64,000 nt of DNA from an uncultured Nitrospinota bacterium (GCA_963707985.1 CAVPRW010000037.1:1-64000); one strand, 5' to 3'. Positions 31,888-43,747 are shown, numbered from the stretch's first letter. The notes: a model not told the origin generated them from the sequence alone. Made by a program: numbers and translations.

Positions 31888-33621
31888 ATGACGGATGAAC
31901 AGAAGACCCCACAAGACACATCTTTCCAGGGCGAAGTCGATGGGTTTGACGCCGAGAGTGAGCTACCGGTGGGTTGGAGGACTCCGGCCGAAATGGGTAT
32001 CAGCGACAGTGAGCCTGACGACGATGAACAAGTGGACATGGAAGAACTCTACCGGGAAAGCCTTGATCACATTCAAGAAGGTGAGATCATCAAGGGTCGG
32101 ATTGTGCAGATCGAGCGTGATTCGGTCCTGGTCGATGTCGGCTACAAGTCTGAAGGTCTGATTCCTCTCAGCGAATTTAAGGAGGGAGCCAGGGACCTCA
32201 AGGTCGGTGACGAGATCGATGTCCTCCTCGAGAGTAAGGAGGATAGTGAGGGTCTTGTCGTCCTCTCCAAAGAGAAGGCGAACAAGATCAAGGTGTGGGA
32301 TGAAATCAGCCATGTCTATGATAGCGACGGTGTTGTCGACGGCGAAATCATTGGTCGGATCAAGGGTGGGCTGATGGTCGACATCGGACTGAAGGCCTTC
32401 CTCCCTGGATCACAAGTCGACCTGCGTCCGGTCCGCAACCTTGACAAGCTGATCGGCCAACGCTTCCCGATGAAAATCATCAAACTCAATCGTCGCCGCG
32501 GCAATATTGTGCTCTCGCGACGACTACTCCTGGAAAAAGAGCGGGAAAAAGCCAAGCAGGAAACGCTGGCAAACCTCCAGGAAGGGCAGGTGGTGGAGGG
32601 TGTCGTCAAGAATATCACTGAATATGGCGCCTTCGTAGACTTGGGCGGCATTGATGGTTTACTCCATATCACGGATATGTCCTGGGGACGTACAGGCCAT
32701 CCCTCAGAGTTGTTTGCCGTTGGAGACAAGATTAAGGTAATGGTGCTGAAATATGATCGGGACAACGAGCGCATTTCGCTCGGGTTGAAACAGATCACTC
32801 CCGATCCTTGGAGCGAGGTTGACAAGAAGTATCCCGAAGGCACACAGGTGCGTGGGAAAGTCGTCAGTATCACCGATTATGGAGCCTTTGTGGAGTTGGA
32901 ACAGGGGGTGGAGGGCTTGGTCCACGTGTCGCAGATGTCGTGGACGAAGCGCGTCAAGCATCCCTCGAAGATCGTCAATATCGGGGATATGGTCGAGGCC
33001 ATCGTCTTGAGCGTCGACAAGGAGAAAAAGCGCATTTCCCTTGGCATGAAGCAGATGGAACCCAGCCCGTGGGCCACCGCTGACGAACGCTATCCGGTTG
33101 GCACCATCGTCGAGGGCAAAGTGCGCAATCTGACGGACTTCGGCGCCTTCGTGACGCTAGAAGAGGGCATTGATGGGTTGATCCACATTTCCGACCTCTC
33201 CTGGAGCCAACGTGTCCGGCACCCTTCCGACATCTTGAAGAAAGGTCAAAAGATCACAGCAAAGGTCCTCAGCATTGATAAAGAGAACGAGCGCCTCTCC
33301 CTCGGTATCAAACAGATGACCCCCGATCCTTGGGAAGGTGTAGCTGTGAAATATCATGTAGGGGAAAATGTTCAAGGGCGTGTGGTGAAGCTCACGAACT
33401 TTGGTGCCTTCGTGGAACTCGAGGAGGGGGTTGAAGGGCTGATTCATATCTCTGAACTGAGTCGCGATCGCGTGGCCAACCCCGCCGATGTCGTCCAGGT
33501 TGACCAGGAAGTTTGGGTCAAAATTCTCAAAGTCGATCCTGAAGGACGCAAGATCGGCCTGAGTCTCAAAGCCTTCCAGGAGGAAGAAGGAGAACCGGCC
33601 ATAATTGAAGACAATGCCTAA
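31888..33621 (+). CDS. rpsA: 30S ribosomal protein S1
   Basis: Six S1 repeats (YGAFVDLGGIDGLLHI etc.). Confidence 0.98.
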   Translation: MTDEQKTPQDTSFQGEVDGFDAESELPVGWRTPAEMGISDSEPDDDEQVDMEELYRESLDHIQEGEIIKGRIVQIERDSVLVDVGYKSEGLIPLSEFKEGARDLKVGDEIDVLLESKEDSEGLVVLSKEKANKIKVWDEISHVYDSDGVVDGEIIGRIKGGLMVDIGLKAFLPGSQVDLRPVRNLDKLIGQRFPMKIIKLNRRRGNIVLSRRLLLEKEREKAKQETLANLQEGQVVEGVVKNITEYGAFVDLGGIDGLLHITDMSWGRTGHPSELFAVGDKIKVMVLKYDRDNERISLGLKQITPDPWSEVDKKYPEGTQVRGKVVSITDYGAFVELEQGVEGLVHVSQMSWTKRVKHPSKIVNIGDMVEAIVLSVDKEKKRISLGMKQMEPSPWATADERYPVGTIVEGKVRNLTDFGAFVTLEEGIDGLIHISDLSWSQRVRHPSDILKKGQKITAKVLSIDKENERLSLGIKQMTPDPWEGVAVKYHVGENVQGRVVKLTNFGAFVELEEGVEGLIHISELSRDRVANPADVVQVDQEVWVKILKVDPEGRKIGLSLKAFQEEEGEPAIIEDNA

Positions 33622-33676
33622 AACCATGCACTGCTGGCGACAGGGCGCGACGTCTTGACAGGCAGGAGAGTTAGTC

Positions 33677-34579
33677 ATGCAGTCCAGCCGGCATCCGTGG
33701 TTGTGGGGCATAGTCGGTACAGCTGTGATGCTTGCTGCCTTCTTTCTGGTAGTGATCCTTATTACGGTGCTCTTGAGAGACGACGATGGGATTACGGATC
33801 GGGGGAGGACGATAGGTATCGTTGCGATTGAAGGAGTCATCTCGAGCGAGCTCACTGAGCGCACGGTGCGACAGCTGACCAAGTATGGGGATGATACCTC
33901 AATCAAGGCTATCATTCTGAGGATCGATAGTCCAGGGGGTGGGGTAGCATCATCGCAGGAGATCTATGAAGAGGTTAGACGGGTTCGGTCGGCAGGGAAG
34001 CTCGTGGTTGCCTCGATGGGAAGCGTTGCGGCCTCTGGAGGCTACTATGTGGCCTGTGTGGCAGATCGTATCTTTGCCAATGCCGGAACCATAACCGGGA
34101 GTATCGGGGTCATCGTGCAGCTCGCAAACGTCTCGGAACTCTTGCACAAAATTGGTATCGAATCGACAGTCATCACAAGCGGGCCCTACAAGGATAGTGG
34201 CAATCCAACGCGTACTTTGCGCCCAGAGGAACGACAGGTCTTTCAAGCACTTGTTGATGATGTCTATCAGCAGTTTATTGAAGCTGTGGCGCAGGGGCGG
34301 AATTTGCCCTTGGATGAGGTCCGTCATGCCGCTGATGGACGTATTTACACTGGTCGGCAGGCGAAAGATCTGCGTCTCATCGATGAACTTGGAAGCTTGC
34401 ATGATGCGATCCGGTATGCTGCCTCGACGATCGGGATCGTTGGTAAGCCGAGGCTTGTTCAAGAAAGTAAAGAACGATTTTGGTGGCTGCGGTTTTTTTT
34501 CGAGAGCCTAACTGATGCATTGGTGTGGGCCCCCTTTTCGAAGGTGGAGGCCGTGCTACAGTATCGTTGGCCATACTAA
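33677..34579 (+). CDS. sppA: Signal peptide peptidase SppA
   Basis: RIDSPGG, SMGSVAASGGYY, TGSIGV. Confidence 0.95.
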   Translation: MQSSRHPWLWGIVGTAVMLAAFFLVVILITVLLRDDDGITDRGRTIGIVAIEGVISSELTERTVRQLTKYGDDTSIKAIILRIDSPGGGVASSQEIYEEVRRVRSAGKLVVASMGSVAASGGYYVACVADRIFANAGTITGSIGVIVQLANVSELLHKIGIESTVITSGPYKDSGNPTRTLRPEERQVFQALVDDVYQQFIEAVAQGRNLPLDEVRHAADGRIYTGRQAKDLRLIDELGSLHDAIRYAASTIGIVGKPRLVQESKERFWWLRFFFESLTDALVWAPFSKVEAVLQYRWPY

Positions 34580-34620
34580 CAGCATCGTAAGTAACCTGGC
34601 GTAACGGAGGAGAAGCTCTC

Positions 34621-34896
34621 ATGACCAAAGCTGATCTCGTCGAACGCGTATCGGAGCGAATTAAATTAACGAAAAAGCAAACCGAGTTGATTGTCAATAC
34701 GTTGTTCACCAGCATCACCGATGCCCTCACCCAGGGAGACAAAGTGGAATTGCGAGGCTTTGGGAGCTTCCGTGTGAGACAGCGCCACTCACGGGATGGC
34801 AGGAACCCCAAAACAGGTCAGGGTGTCCATATTCCCCCCAAAAGGGTTCCCTTTTTCAAAGCTGGCAAAGAATTGCGCGAGATGGTGGACAATTAA
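34621..34896 (+). CDS. ihfB: Integration host factor beta / HU family
   Basis: MTKADLV..VELRGFGSF..GRNPKTG..PFFKAGKELRE; synteny rpsA-sppA-ihfB. Confidence 0.9.
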   Translation: MTKADLVERVSERIKLTKKQTELIVNTLFTSITDALTQGDKVELRGFGSFRVRQRHSRDGRNPKTGQGVHIPPKRVPFFKAGKELREMVDN

Positions 34897-35424
34897 TGCC
34901 CGTGTAGGAGGCCGCTTTGGCCAAGTGAGCACCTTGTGAGATAATCACGCGAGGGTGGCCGCGTACATACCGAACTCCCCCAGAGCCTCGGCGCCTTTCT
35001 CGACCTCTGATGTTGCAGGTGATCGTCAGGAGCTTCAACTCTCGTCTATACCTGCTCACGCGTGTCGTGAACGATATGCTAGTTGTGCTAACGACCTGAT
35101 ATGTGGTCAAACTGGGTACGAGGTATCCATAACCTGTCTGGCTTGCGGCTTCATCCCCAGCCTCTATTCCACCGTAGTATTTAGGTGGTGGTCAGCATGC
35201 AATCACTCCTCCACGCCATCTTCTCCCTGCATTCCCCATCGCTGCAGAGTTCGGGGCCGGTATGCTACGCCGATCAGGAGAGGTGATCTCTCGCGGAGGC
35301 CACTGAGAGAACCCGGCGTTAGATTGCATGGAGCCGGAGGCCATTCCTCCCACTCAGCGTGCTGTGGACAGGGTTAGATACTTGTTGCTGTATACGTACG
35401 AGATTATCTTATGGAGAGTATATC

Positions 35425-36753
35425 ATGTCCGAAGTCATCCAACAGGATTGGGCCGACACACTTGCCTGTAAAATTCGTGAGCGAAACGTGCGTGTTGGCG
35501 TGATTGGACTGGGATATGTCGGCCTGTCCCTTGCCGTTGAATTTGCGAAATCTGGATTACAGGTGACCGGTATCGAAATCGATGCTGAGAAAGTCACTCG
35601 CCTCCGCTCAGGTGAGAGCTATGTGCAGGACGTCAAGCCTTACGAGGTGAAAGGATTAATCGCTGACAAGAAACTGTTGGTGGTGGATAGTTTCGACCGA
35701 CTCAGTGAGCTTGATGCAGTCAGCATTTGCGTTCCAACGCCTCTGGGCAAGACAAAGGATCCAGACATTTCATACATCGCCGCAGCAACGAAGGAAATTG
35801 TTGCGCACCTTCATCCCGGTCAACTGATCGTCCTTGAAAGCACGACCTATCCCGGGACAACTGACGAAGTGATTCTTCCAGAATTGCAGAAAACTGGCCT
35901 CCAGGTAGGTCAGGAGTTCTTTCTGGCTTTTTCTCCGGAGCGTATTGATCCCGGTAATGCCCAATACACCACTCACAATACCCCGAAGATCATCGGTGGC
36001 GTGACGGGGCGATGTGCGCAGGTGGCAAAGTCCCTATATGAGGTGGCAATTAACCGGGTTGTGCTTGTCAGTTCTGCACGTAGCGCCGAAATGGTTAAGC
36101 TGCTTGAGAATACCTTTCGGGCCGTCAACATCGGTTTGGTTAACGAAGTGGCTCTGATGTGCGACCGGTTGGGGATCAATGTGTGGGAGGTCATTGAGGC
36201 CGCCGCCACAAAACCGTTCGGTTTTATGCCATTTTATCCAGGCCCCGGACTAGGGGGGCATTGCATCCCTGTAGACCCGTACTATCTGGCCTGGAAACTC
36301 AAGACTCTCGACTATAAGGCCCGTTTTATTGAGCTCGCAGCTGAAATCAATACTAGTATGCCTTGGCATGTTGTGTCGAAAGTAGTTGATGCGCTCAACG
36401 AACAATGCAAGAGTGTCAATGGCTCGAATATTTTGGTGTTAGGAGTCACCTATAAACGCAACACGAACGACTTGCGAGAATCTCCTGCTCTTGATATCAT
36501 AAGGATTTTGCAGGGAAAGGGAGCTACTGTTAACTTCTATGATGCCTATGCGGCCGATCTACCCAGTTTGGATGGTGCTATTCATGTCTCTCTTGAGAAG
36601 GAACTTCTTCAGGCCACTGACTGCGTGATTATCGCGACGGATCACAGCAACGTGAATTATGAATGGGTGATGGCCCATACGTCGTTGATAGTCGATACGC
36701 GTAACGTAGCGAAGCATACTAGCACTAGTCGTGCTAAAGTGATCAAATTATAG
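35425..36753 (+). CDS. Nucleotide-sugar (UDP-GlcNAc-type) 6-dehydrogenase
   Basis: IGLGYVG, ICVPTP, ESTTYPGTT, FSPERIDPGN, GGHCIPVDP. Confidence 0.92.
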   Translation: MSEVIQQDWADTLACKIRERNVRVGVIGLGYVGLSLAVEFAKSGLQVTGIEIDAEKVTRLRSGESYVQDVKPYEVKGLIADKKLLVVDSFDRLSELDAVSICVPTPLGKTKDPDISYIAAATKEIVAHLHPGQLIVLESTTYPGTTDEVILPELQKTGLQVGQEFFLAFSPERIDPGNAQYTTHNTPKIIGGVTGRCAQVAKSLYEVAINRVVLVSSARSAEMVKLLENTFRAVNIGLVNEVALMCDRLGINVWEVIEAAATKPFGFMPFYPGPGLGGHCIPVDPYYLAWKLKTLDYKARFIELAAEINTSMPWHVVSKVVDALNEQCKSVNGSNILVLGVTYKRNTNDLRESPALDIIRILQGKGATVNFYDAYAADLPSLDGAIHVSLEKELLQATDCVIIATDHSNVNYEWVMAHTSLIVDTRNVAKHTSTSRAKVIKL

Positions 36754-36890
36754 CGTCGGCTGCGGCGTGTGCATCGGGCGGATCGGAAAGACTGGCGGTT
36801 GGTCGTCGACTCTGCCTCCTGCAGAGTAGCCGTCGGTTTGTTGCCGTCCCTGGGCAGTCACGAGATCCTGTTTGCTGAGGAATTTGTATT

Positions 36891-37856
36891 ATGGCCATGA
36901 GTGTGCTAGTCACAGGGGGTGGTGGGTTTATCGGCTCCCACCTTGTGGAGGCTCTCCTGCAGCGAGGTGCGTCGGTCCGAGCGCTGGATAATTTGACTAC
37001 TGGGCATCGGACCAACCTCGTTGGCGCGCTGGCGCATCCCGAAGCTCAGAAGACTTTCACCTTCATCGATGGCGATGTGACTGACCGCAAAACGGTTCGG
37101 GAGGCGATCGAAGGGGTGGACTACGTCTTGCATCAAGCGGCACTCCCCTCCGTGCAGCGTTCGGTGGAAGATCCGATTACGTCCAATCAGGTCAACGTCG
37201 TAGGTACATTGAACGTCCTAATGGCAGCCCAGGAGGCTGGGGTAAGACGGGTAATATATGCCTCTTCCTCCTCAGTATATGGCGATTCTCCCCAGTTACC
37301 GAAGATTGAGTCCATGCCGACGAATCCCTTATCGCCATACGCCGTTTCAAAACTGGCGGCAGAGGCCTATTGTCGGGCATTTACGCGGGTCTATGGCTTA
37401 GAAACCATATCACTACGCTACTTCAATGTGTTTGGGCCACGCCAAGACCCGAATTCTCTCTATGCAGCTGTGCTACCCCGCTTCATCGAGGCACTCCTCA
37501 GCCAGAAGCCACCAGTGATTTATGGTGATGGTGTACAATCGCGCGATTTTACCTATATTGAGAATGTCGTCCAGGCGAATCTCCTAGCTCTTGACGCCGC
37601 GGGGGCCAGCGGCGAAGCTTTCAACATTGCCTGCGGTGAAAGTGTCACCCTCAAAGCGGTGCTGGAATGCTTAGCTGAGTTCTCGAACCAAGTGGTGGCG
37701 CCCGAGTATCAAGCCCCACGGGCAGGCGATATCAAGCATTCTCTGGCTGATATCTCAAAGGCCGAACGGATGCTTGGTTATCGCCCGGTCATCCCCTTTC
37801 GCGAGGGCCTGAAGCGGACATTGGAATTTTTTCGCCAGAGGAGAGCATCCCGATGA
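36891..37856 (+). CDS. SDR nucleotide-sugar epimerase (WbpP/TviC-like)
   Basis: TGGGGFIGS, HQAALPSVQRS, SPYAVSK, LRYFNVFGPRQDP. Confidence 0.92.
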   Translation: MAMSVLVTGGGGFIGSHLVEALLQRGASVRALDNLTTGHRTNLVGALAHPEAQKTFTFIDGDVTDRKTVREAIEGVDYVLHQAALPSVQRSVEDPITSNQVNVVGTLNVLMAAQEAGVRRVIYASSSSVYGDSPQLPKIESMPTNPLSPYAVSKLAAEAYCRAFTRVYGLETISLRYFNVFGPRQDPNSLYAAVLPRFIEALLSQKPPVIYGDGVQSRDFTYIENVVQANLLALDAAGASGEAFNIACGESVTLKAVLECLAEFSNQVVAPEYQAPRAGDIKHSLADISKAERMLGYRPVIPFREGLKRTLEFFRQRRASR

Positions 37857-39166
37857 ATATCTGCGTTATCGGCTGTGGCTACGTGGGGCTGGTTACTGGG
37901 GCAGTTTTTGCTGATCTCGGCAATGAAGTGGTCTGCGTCGATGTGTTGGAGGAACGGATCACCCAATTGAAAAATGGCATCATGCCCATCTACGAACCGG
38001 GACTGCAGGAGATGGTACAGCGCAATCTTACCGATCGCCGTATCTCCTTTAGCACCAGCCTTGAGGGGGGCATGGATAAGGCTGAAATCATCTTTATCTG
38101 CGTTGGCACCCCTCCGAAAGAAAACGGTGAGACGGACCTCTCTCAGATCGAAGCCGCCGCTCGTGGCATTGCCCGTTATCTGCGGCGGTACACTGTCATC
38201 GTGAATAAGAGCACTGTTCCCGTGGGTACCGGCGATCTAGTACGCGAGATCATTGAGCAGAATCGGCGTCGCGATGTGGATTTCGACGTGGTCTCGAATC
38301 CCGAGTTCCTGCGAGAAGGCTCTGCCGTGCAGGATGCGCTCACTCCTGATCGTATCGTCATCGGAGCGCCAAGTAAGCATGTGGCGATGAAGCTCCTCGA
38401 ACTGTACGCCACCCTTGGACGCCCAATGTTGATCACCGACGTCCACAGTGCGGAAATGATTAAGTACGCCTCAAATGCCTTCCTGGCCACAAAAATCTCT
38501 TTCATCAACGCCATCGCTAATATTTGTGAGTCATGCGGTGCAAACGTTGACGACGTCGCTCGTGGCATGGGTTTCGATCCGCGCATCTCGCCAGACTTTC
38601 TCAGTGCAGGCCTCGGTTTCGGTGGATCATGCTTCCCCAAGGATGTCGAGTCCTTAATCCATACAGCATCGCGATTCGGCTCGGAATTCACCCTCCTCAA
38701 ATCAGTCCTGGACATTAACCGCGAGCGTGTTGAGCATTTCGTTGATATTATCCGCCAGGGACTTGGTGACCTCGAGGGGAAGACTATCGGCATTTTGGGC
38801 TTAGCGTTCAAAGCTAACACCGACGACATGCGCGAGGCAAAGTCGATCGAGATCATTAGTAAACTGCTGAGTGCCGGTGCCCATCTCAAAGCATACGACC
38901 CTGCTGCGACCGAAAACGCGAGGCGGATGTTCCCCGACATTACATACTGCCAGAGCGCCTATCAAACTGCCGAAGAGTCTGATGCTCTGGTCATTGTTAC
39001 TGAATGGCGTGAGTTTAAGCTCCTCGACATGGAAAAATTGCGCAAGTTGATGAAGCGGCCTCTGATCTTCGACGGTCGCAATATCTACCATGTTGAGCGT
39101 ATGATGACAGTAGGATTTGACTACTTTAGTATCGGTCGTCCCGGACGGAAGCCACTGCCAGGCTAG
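37853..39166 (+). CDS. ugd: UDP-glucose 6-dehydrogenase
   Basis: IGCGYVG, NKSTVPVGT, SNPEFLREG, GFGGSCFPKD. Confidence 0.95.
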   Translation: MNICVIGCGYVGLVTGAVFADLGNEVVCVDVLEERITQLKNGIMPIYEPGLQEMVQRNLTDRRISFSTSLEGGMDKAEIIFICVGTPPKENGETDLSQIEAAARGIARYLRRYTVIVNKSTVPVGTGDLVREIIEQNRRRDVDFDVVSNPEFLREGSAVQDALTPDRIVIGAPSKHVAMKLLELYATLGRPMLITDVHSAEMIKYASNAFLATKISFINAIANICESCGANVDDVARGMGFDPRISPDFLSAGLGFGGSCFPKDVESLIHTASRFGSEFTLLKSVLDINRERVEHFVDIIRQGLGDLEGKTIGILGLAFKANTDDMREAKSIEIISKLLSAGAHLKAYDPAATENARRMFPDITYCQSAYQTAEESDALVIVTEWREFKLLDMEKLRKLMKRPLIFDGRNIYHVERMMTVGFDYFSIGRPGRKPLPG

Positions 39167-39256
39167 GGTGACCAGGCGCAGCGTCAGTGCGGGACGGTGA
39201 GGCTCGATTGGCTGCACAAGCACGCTGACGAGATCGAGAAACAAGAGGATACTAAC

Positions 39257-40189
39257 ATGCCACGCACGCTCATCACCGGGGGAGCTGGGTTCATCGGGTC
39301 TCACTTATGCGATTACTTCCTGAGCCTCGGCCACGAAGTCATCTGCATGGATAACCTGCTGACCGGTGATAGCTCGAACATCGCCCACATTCGGAATCAA
39401 AACTTTCTCTTCATCAAGCATGATGTGACCAACTACATATACGTGGAGGGGAAACTCGATTATCTGCTCCACTTCGCTTCCCCGGCCAGCCCTATCGATT
39501 ATGAGAAATTGCCGATCCAAACGCTGAAGGTCGGTTCATTGGGTACCCATAAGGCCCTGGGCCTTGCCAAGGAAAAGAACGCAACAATTCTCCTGGCATC
39601 GACCTCTGAGGTATATGGCGACCCCATGGTGCATCCACAATCCGAAGAATATTGGGGGAACGTCAATCCCATCGGTCCCCGTGGCGTCTACGATGAAGCC
39701 AAGCGCTTCGCTGAGGCGATGACCATGGCGTACCATCGTTTTCATGGGGTCGATACGCGGATTATTCGCATTTTCAATACTTACGGTCCACGCATGCGGC
39801 TGGAAGATGGCCGGGCTATCCCCAGCTTCATCACCCAGGCACTACGTGGCGAGGACATTTCGGTCTTTGGCGATGGGTCCCAGACACGTAGCTTCTGCTA
39901 TGTTTCCGACCTTGTCGAGGGTATCTACCGCGTTCTGATGTCCGGAGAGACGCGCCCGGTCAATCTCGGCAACCCCCAAGAATTGACTATCCTCGAGTTG
40001 GCTAAGGCGATCGTTCGTCTCACCGGAAGTCGAAGCAATATCATCTATACCCCACTTCCCCAAGATGACCCCAAGAGACGTCAACCTGAGATTAGTCGCG
40101 CCAGGGAGCTGTGTGGCTGGGAGCCTAAGGTAGAGTTTACCGCCGGGCTCAGTGAAACGATCGCTTATTTTCGCGACAAGTTGGCATAG
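39257..40189 (+). CDS. UDP-glucuronate decarboxylase (UDP-xylose synthase family)
   Basis: [45 protein letters not shown]. Confidence 0.93.
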   Translation: MPRTLITGGAGFIGSHLCDYFLSLGHEVICMDNLLTGDSSNIAHIRNQNFLFIKHDVTNYIYVEGKLDYLLHFASPASPIDYEKLPIQTLKVGSLGTHKALGLAKEKNATILLASTSEVYGDPMVHPQSEEYWGNVNPIGPRGVYDEAKRFAEAMTMAYHRFHGVDTRIIRIFNTYGPRMRLEDGRAIPSFITQALRGEDISVFGDGSQTRSFCYVSDLVEGIYRVLMSGETRPVNLGNPQELTILELAKAIVRLTGSRSNIIYTPLPQDDPKRRQPEISRARELCGWEPKVEFTAGLSETIAYFRDKLA

Positions 40190-40247
40190 TCGGTGCCGGC
40201 CTACGGCAGGCTCATTCATTGAGCTGACTCCAGGATTATTGACGTCA

Positions 40248-40949
40248 ATGACAAGCTACCCGCGCGCCATTAAAGAATGGCCAGAGGATGAGCGACCCCG
40301 TGAGCGGCTCATGAAACTTGGGGCCGACGCGTTGTCTGAAGCCCAACTCCTGGCTATCGTATTGGCAACTGGAGAGGCTTCTTCAGGACAAAGCGCACTC
40401 GACCTTGCATTGCACCTGGTACATGTTTTCGATGGATTACGCGCGATCGAGGCTGCGAGCATCACCGAGCTATGCCAGATTAAGGGAATTGGACCAGCGA
40501 AAGCAACCTCCATTAAGGCAGCCTTAGAGCTTGGGAAACGGTTGTCAGGGGAACCTACCCAACGGCATTTAAAGATCACTTCCCCCCAAGATCTAGTCAA
40601 CTACTTCCAGCCGCGCCTGCAGCACTTGCGCAAAGAGGTCTTCAAGGCTGTGCTCCTGAACACCAAACATCAGATGCTCAAAGATGTCACAGTCTCTGAG
40701 GGGACATTGTCCGCCAGCCTCGTTCATCCACGCGAAGCGTTTCTGCCGGCCATCAAGGAATCGGCAGCAGCGGTGATCTTCCTCCATAACCACCCGAGTG
40801 GTGATCCGACACCGAGTCCTGAAGACAAGGAGCTTACCCTCCGCCTGGCCGAAGTAGGTCTACTAGTCGGCATTAGTGTATTAGACCACATTATTATCGG
40901 CTCGGGGTCTCCTGGGTACATTAGCTTTCGCGACGCGGGATTGCTCTGA
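40248..40949 (+). CDS. radC: RadC / JAB-domain protein
   Basis: PRERLMKLG, HPREAF, HNHPSGDPTPS, LDHIII. Confidence 0.95.
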   Translation: MTSYPRAIKEWPEDERPRERLMKLGADALSEAQLLAIVLATGEASSGQSALDLALHLVHVFDGLRAIEAASITELCQIKGIGPAKATSIKAALELGKRLSGEPTQRHLKITSPQDLVNYFQPRLQHLRKEVFKAVLLNTKHQMLKDVTVSEGTLSASLVHPREAFLPAIKESAAAVIFLHNHPSGDPTPSPEDKELTLRLAEVGLLVGISVLDHIIIGSGSPGYISFRDAGLL

Positions 40950-41770
40950 TGATAGACACTATGGCAAACGATGCGGCTAGCCGCTTGGAAGTGGTGTCAT
41001 TGCGCGTGTGCATTCTGGGTAGTGGAAGCAAAGGCAACTGTACGTACATTGAGTCCCCGGATGCACGTATCCTCATCGATGCGGGATTGAGTGCTCGGGA
41101 AATCGACCGCCGTCTCAGGCAGATTGACCGCTGTCCTACAGCATTAGATGGAGTGCTGATCTCCCATGAGCATAGTGACCACATCCGGGGCGTAGGTTCA
41201 TTGGCGCGGCGCTACAACCTCCCGGTCTATGCGAATCCTGGCACATGGCAGAAGGCACAACACGTCGTGGGCAAGGTGGACGACTGGCGCAAATTTTCGA
41301 CGGGGAGTCAGTTTGCGCTCAAAGATCTGCTGATCGAACCTTTTTCTCTGCCCCATGATGCCGACGACCCTGTAGCGTTCCGACTTACCTGGCGCCGGAG
41401 GTCGATAGCTGTCGTGACGGATCTGGGATATTCTAGTCAACTCGTGCGCGAGCGGCTCAGAGGATGCCATCTCCTTGTACTTGAGGCCAACCACGATGAT
41501 GCCATGTTGAAAGCGGGCCCCTATCCGTGGCCGCTGAAGCAGCGCATTGGAGGCAAATCAGGCCATTTATCGAATCTCCAATCGAGCCAGTTGCTACGGG
41601 ACGTTTTGCATGACGAGTTGGAGCATGTTGTGTTAGCACATCTGAGCGAAATCAACAATCACCCAGACCTCGCTCGGCAGACTGTCCAAGAGATCTTGGG
41701 TTCCCGAGGCGCGCAGCTATGCGTTGCGTCGCAGCGGGAAGTATCAACATGGTTCCTTTTGCCCGACTAA
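40949..41770 (+). CDS. MBL-fold metallohydrolase (YycJ/WalJ-like)
   Basis: LGSGSKGN, SHEHSDH, EANHD, GHLSN, AHLS. Confidence 0.9.
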   Translation: MIDTMANDAASRLEVVSLRVCILGSGSKGNCTYIESPDARILIDAGLSAREIDRRLRQIDRCPTALDGVLISHEHSDHIRGVGSLARRYNLPVYANPGTWQKAQHVVGKVDDWRKFSTGSQFALKDLLIEPFSLPHDADDPVAFRLTWRRRSIAVVTDLGYSSQLVRERLRGCHLLVLEANHDDAMLKAGPYPWPLKQRIGGKSGHLSNLQSSQLLRDVLHDELEHVVLAHLSEINNHPDLARQTVQEILGSRGAQLCVASQREVSTWFLLPD

Positions 41771-41838
41771 CGGTTGGGAACTTCGTGAATCTTGGTACAG
41801 ATGAAGACCCACTGCTCCGTAAGCTGTGAGGATTGATC

Positions 41839-43233
41839 ATGGCGGATGATCTTGGTGAAAAGTGTGGATTATTCGGTATCTATCATCACCCGGAAGCCGC
41901 CAAGCTCACCTACCTTGGGCTCTACGCCTTACAGCACCGAGGTCAGGAGAGCTCTGGCATTGTATCCTCGGACGGCAATACACTCCATGCTGAGATTGGC
42001 ATGGGATTGGTTGCAGACGTTTTTAATGAACGCCGTCTGGCGAAGCTACCAGGGCATATGGCGATCGGGCATAATCGCTACTCGACAACGGGTTCTAGCC
42101 TTCTGCGTAATGCGCAACCCATGGTCATTAGTTATGCGGGAGGCTCGCTGGCTATCGCACATAATGGTAATCTGGTTAATGCGTTGGAGATTCGCAGAGA
42201 TTTAGAGCAGCAAGGCGCCATTTTTCGCTCAACGACCGACACCGAGGTGATCGTCCACCTGATCGCGAGATCTGCTGAGACCAAGCTGGCAGACCAGGTT
42301 GTGGACGCGCTGCTAAAGGTCCAAGGAGCCTATTCGTTGCTCCTCATGACCGAGAAAGAGTTGATCGGTGTACGTGACTCTTTTGGGTTTAGGCCGTTAG
42401 TCGTTGGCCGTTTAGCGGATGAGACGTACATTCTGTCCTCGGAGACATGTGCCTTAGACCTCATCGAGGCGGAGTATGTCCGGGACGTCGAGCCCGGTGA
42501 AATGGTGGTGATTCGCGACGATGGTATTGAATTCTTTCGTCCCTTTCCTCTAACACGTCAGGCCTTTTGCATTTTCGAGTTTATTTACTTTGCTCGACCC
42601 GACAGCATCATCTTCGAGAAAAATGTCTACCCAATCCGCAAGGCGCTCGGCAGGCAGCTTGCCCGCGAAGCATACGTGGAAGCCGATGTCGTAGTACCAG
42701 TACCAGATTCAGGTGTACCTGCAGCACTAGGATTTGCAGAGGAAACACAAATTCCATTCGAGATGGGACTCATTCGCAATCATTATGTAGGCCGGACCTT
42801 CATAGAGCCTCAGCAGTCCATACGTCATTTTGGCGCTAAGGTCAAATTAAATCCGGTTAAACAGTTCCTCCGTGGTAAGCGTGTGGTCGTGGTAGATGAC
42901 TCGATCGTACGCGGGACGACAGGTCAGAAAATCGTCAGCATGCTCAAGAACGCAGGGGCTAAAGAGGTTCATGTACGAATCAGCTCTCCTCCCACCATTA
43001 GCCCCTGCTTTTATGGGATTGACACCCCATCAAAACGTGAGCTGATTGCAGCCAACCAATCGGTAGAAGAGACTCGAGACTTCTTAGGGGCGGATAGTCT
43101 CGCCTATTTAAGTCTCCAGGGGCTCTTGCAGACCGTCTCACCTGATGGACATCGCTTCTGCACTGCGTGTTTCACAGGAGAATACCCGGCGGGATCGCCA
43201 TCAGAAGATCTGCTTCAGCTGGAGCTGTTCTAA
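41839..43233 (+). CDS. purF: Amidophosphoribosyltransferase
   Basis: [38 protein letters not shown]. Confidence 0.98.
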   Translation: MADDLGEKCGLFGIYHHPEAAKLTYLGLYALQHRGQESSGIVSSDGNTLHAEIGMGLVADVFNERRLAKLPGHMAIGHNRYSTTGSSLLRNAQPMVISYAGGSLAIAHNGNLVNALEIRRDLEQQGAIFRSTTDTEVIVHLIARSAETKLADQVVDALLKVQGAYSLLLMTEKELIGVRDSFGFRPLVVGRLADETYILSSETCALDLIEAEYVRDVEPGEMVVIRDDGIEFFRPFPLTRQAFCIFEFIYFARPDSIIFEKNVYPIRKALGRQLAREAYVEADVVVPVPDSGVPAALGFAEETQIPFEMGLIRNHYVGRTFIEPQQSIRHFGAKVKLNPVKQFLRGKRVVVVDDSIVRGTTGQKIVSMLKNAGAKEVHVRISSPPTISPCFYGIDTPSKRELIAANQSVEETRDFLGADSLAYLSLQGLLQTVSPDGHRFCTACFTGEYPAGSPSEDLLQLELF

Positions 43234-43589
43234 AGGGTCGCGCTCTCTTTCTCCAGCTCACTCTGGCATTGCACACAGTAGCGCGTAAAAGGCAGGAGTT
43301 CAAGACGTTTGACCGGGATGGTCTCCTCACAGCGCTCACACACGCCGTAGGTACCCTCGTCAATCTTCGCCAGCGCCTCTTCGACTAATCGGAGCTTGGT
43401 GCGTTCATTTTCCCCCAACCCCATGAGAACTTCTTTGGAATATGAATAGGCGGCGACATCTCCACTATCCGGGATGCCGTCTTCTCCTACTTCTTTGCTG
43501 TAGAGTTTGCTTTTTTCCACCTGGCCGAGAAGATCCCGACGCATTTCCAAGAGTTTCCGTTTGAAAACTTCCACATCCTGTGCTTTCAC
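43230..43589 (-). CDS. dksA: DksA/TraR C4 zinc-finger protein
   Basis: GTG start after GGAGGA; DSGDVA motif; [18 protein letters not shown]. Confidence 0.85.
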   Translation of the reverse strand: MKAQDVEVFKRKLLEMRRDLLGQVEKSKLYSKEVGEDGIPDSGDVAAYSYSKEVLMGLGENERTKLRLVEEALAKIDEGTYGVCERCEETIPVKRLELLPFTRYCVQCQSELEKESATL

Positions 43590-43747
43590 GTAACATCCTC
43601 CTTCATTCGCGTGAGTGGGGCAGTTGTGTGCACGCTGCGGAAGCACCCCTCAGGCACGCTATGCACCCCAGGTCCACCCGTCCTAACCCGCTATTGGAAG
43701 GCCCTCCTTCCCTCAATGGAACACCGGAGGGAAGGGGATGGAGACGT

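Noticed and set aside
40248..40949. radC as a marker of a mobile or anti-defence element
   Set aside because: Full-length chromosomal type in a housekeeping context.
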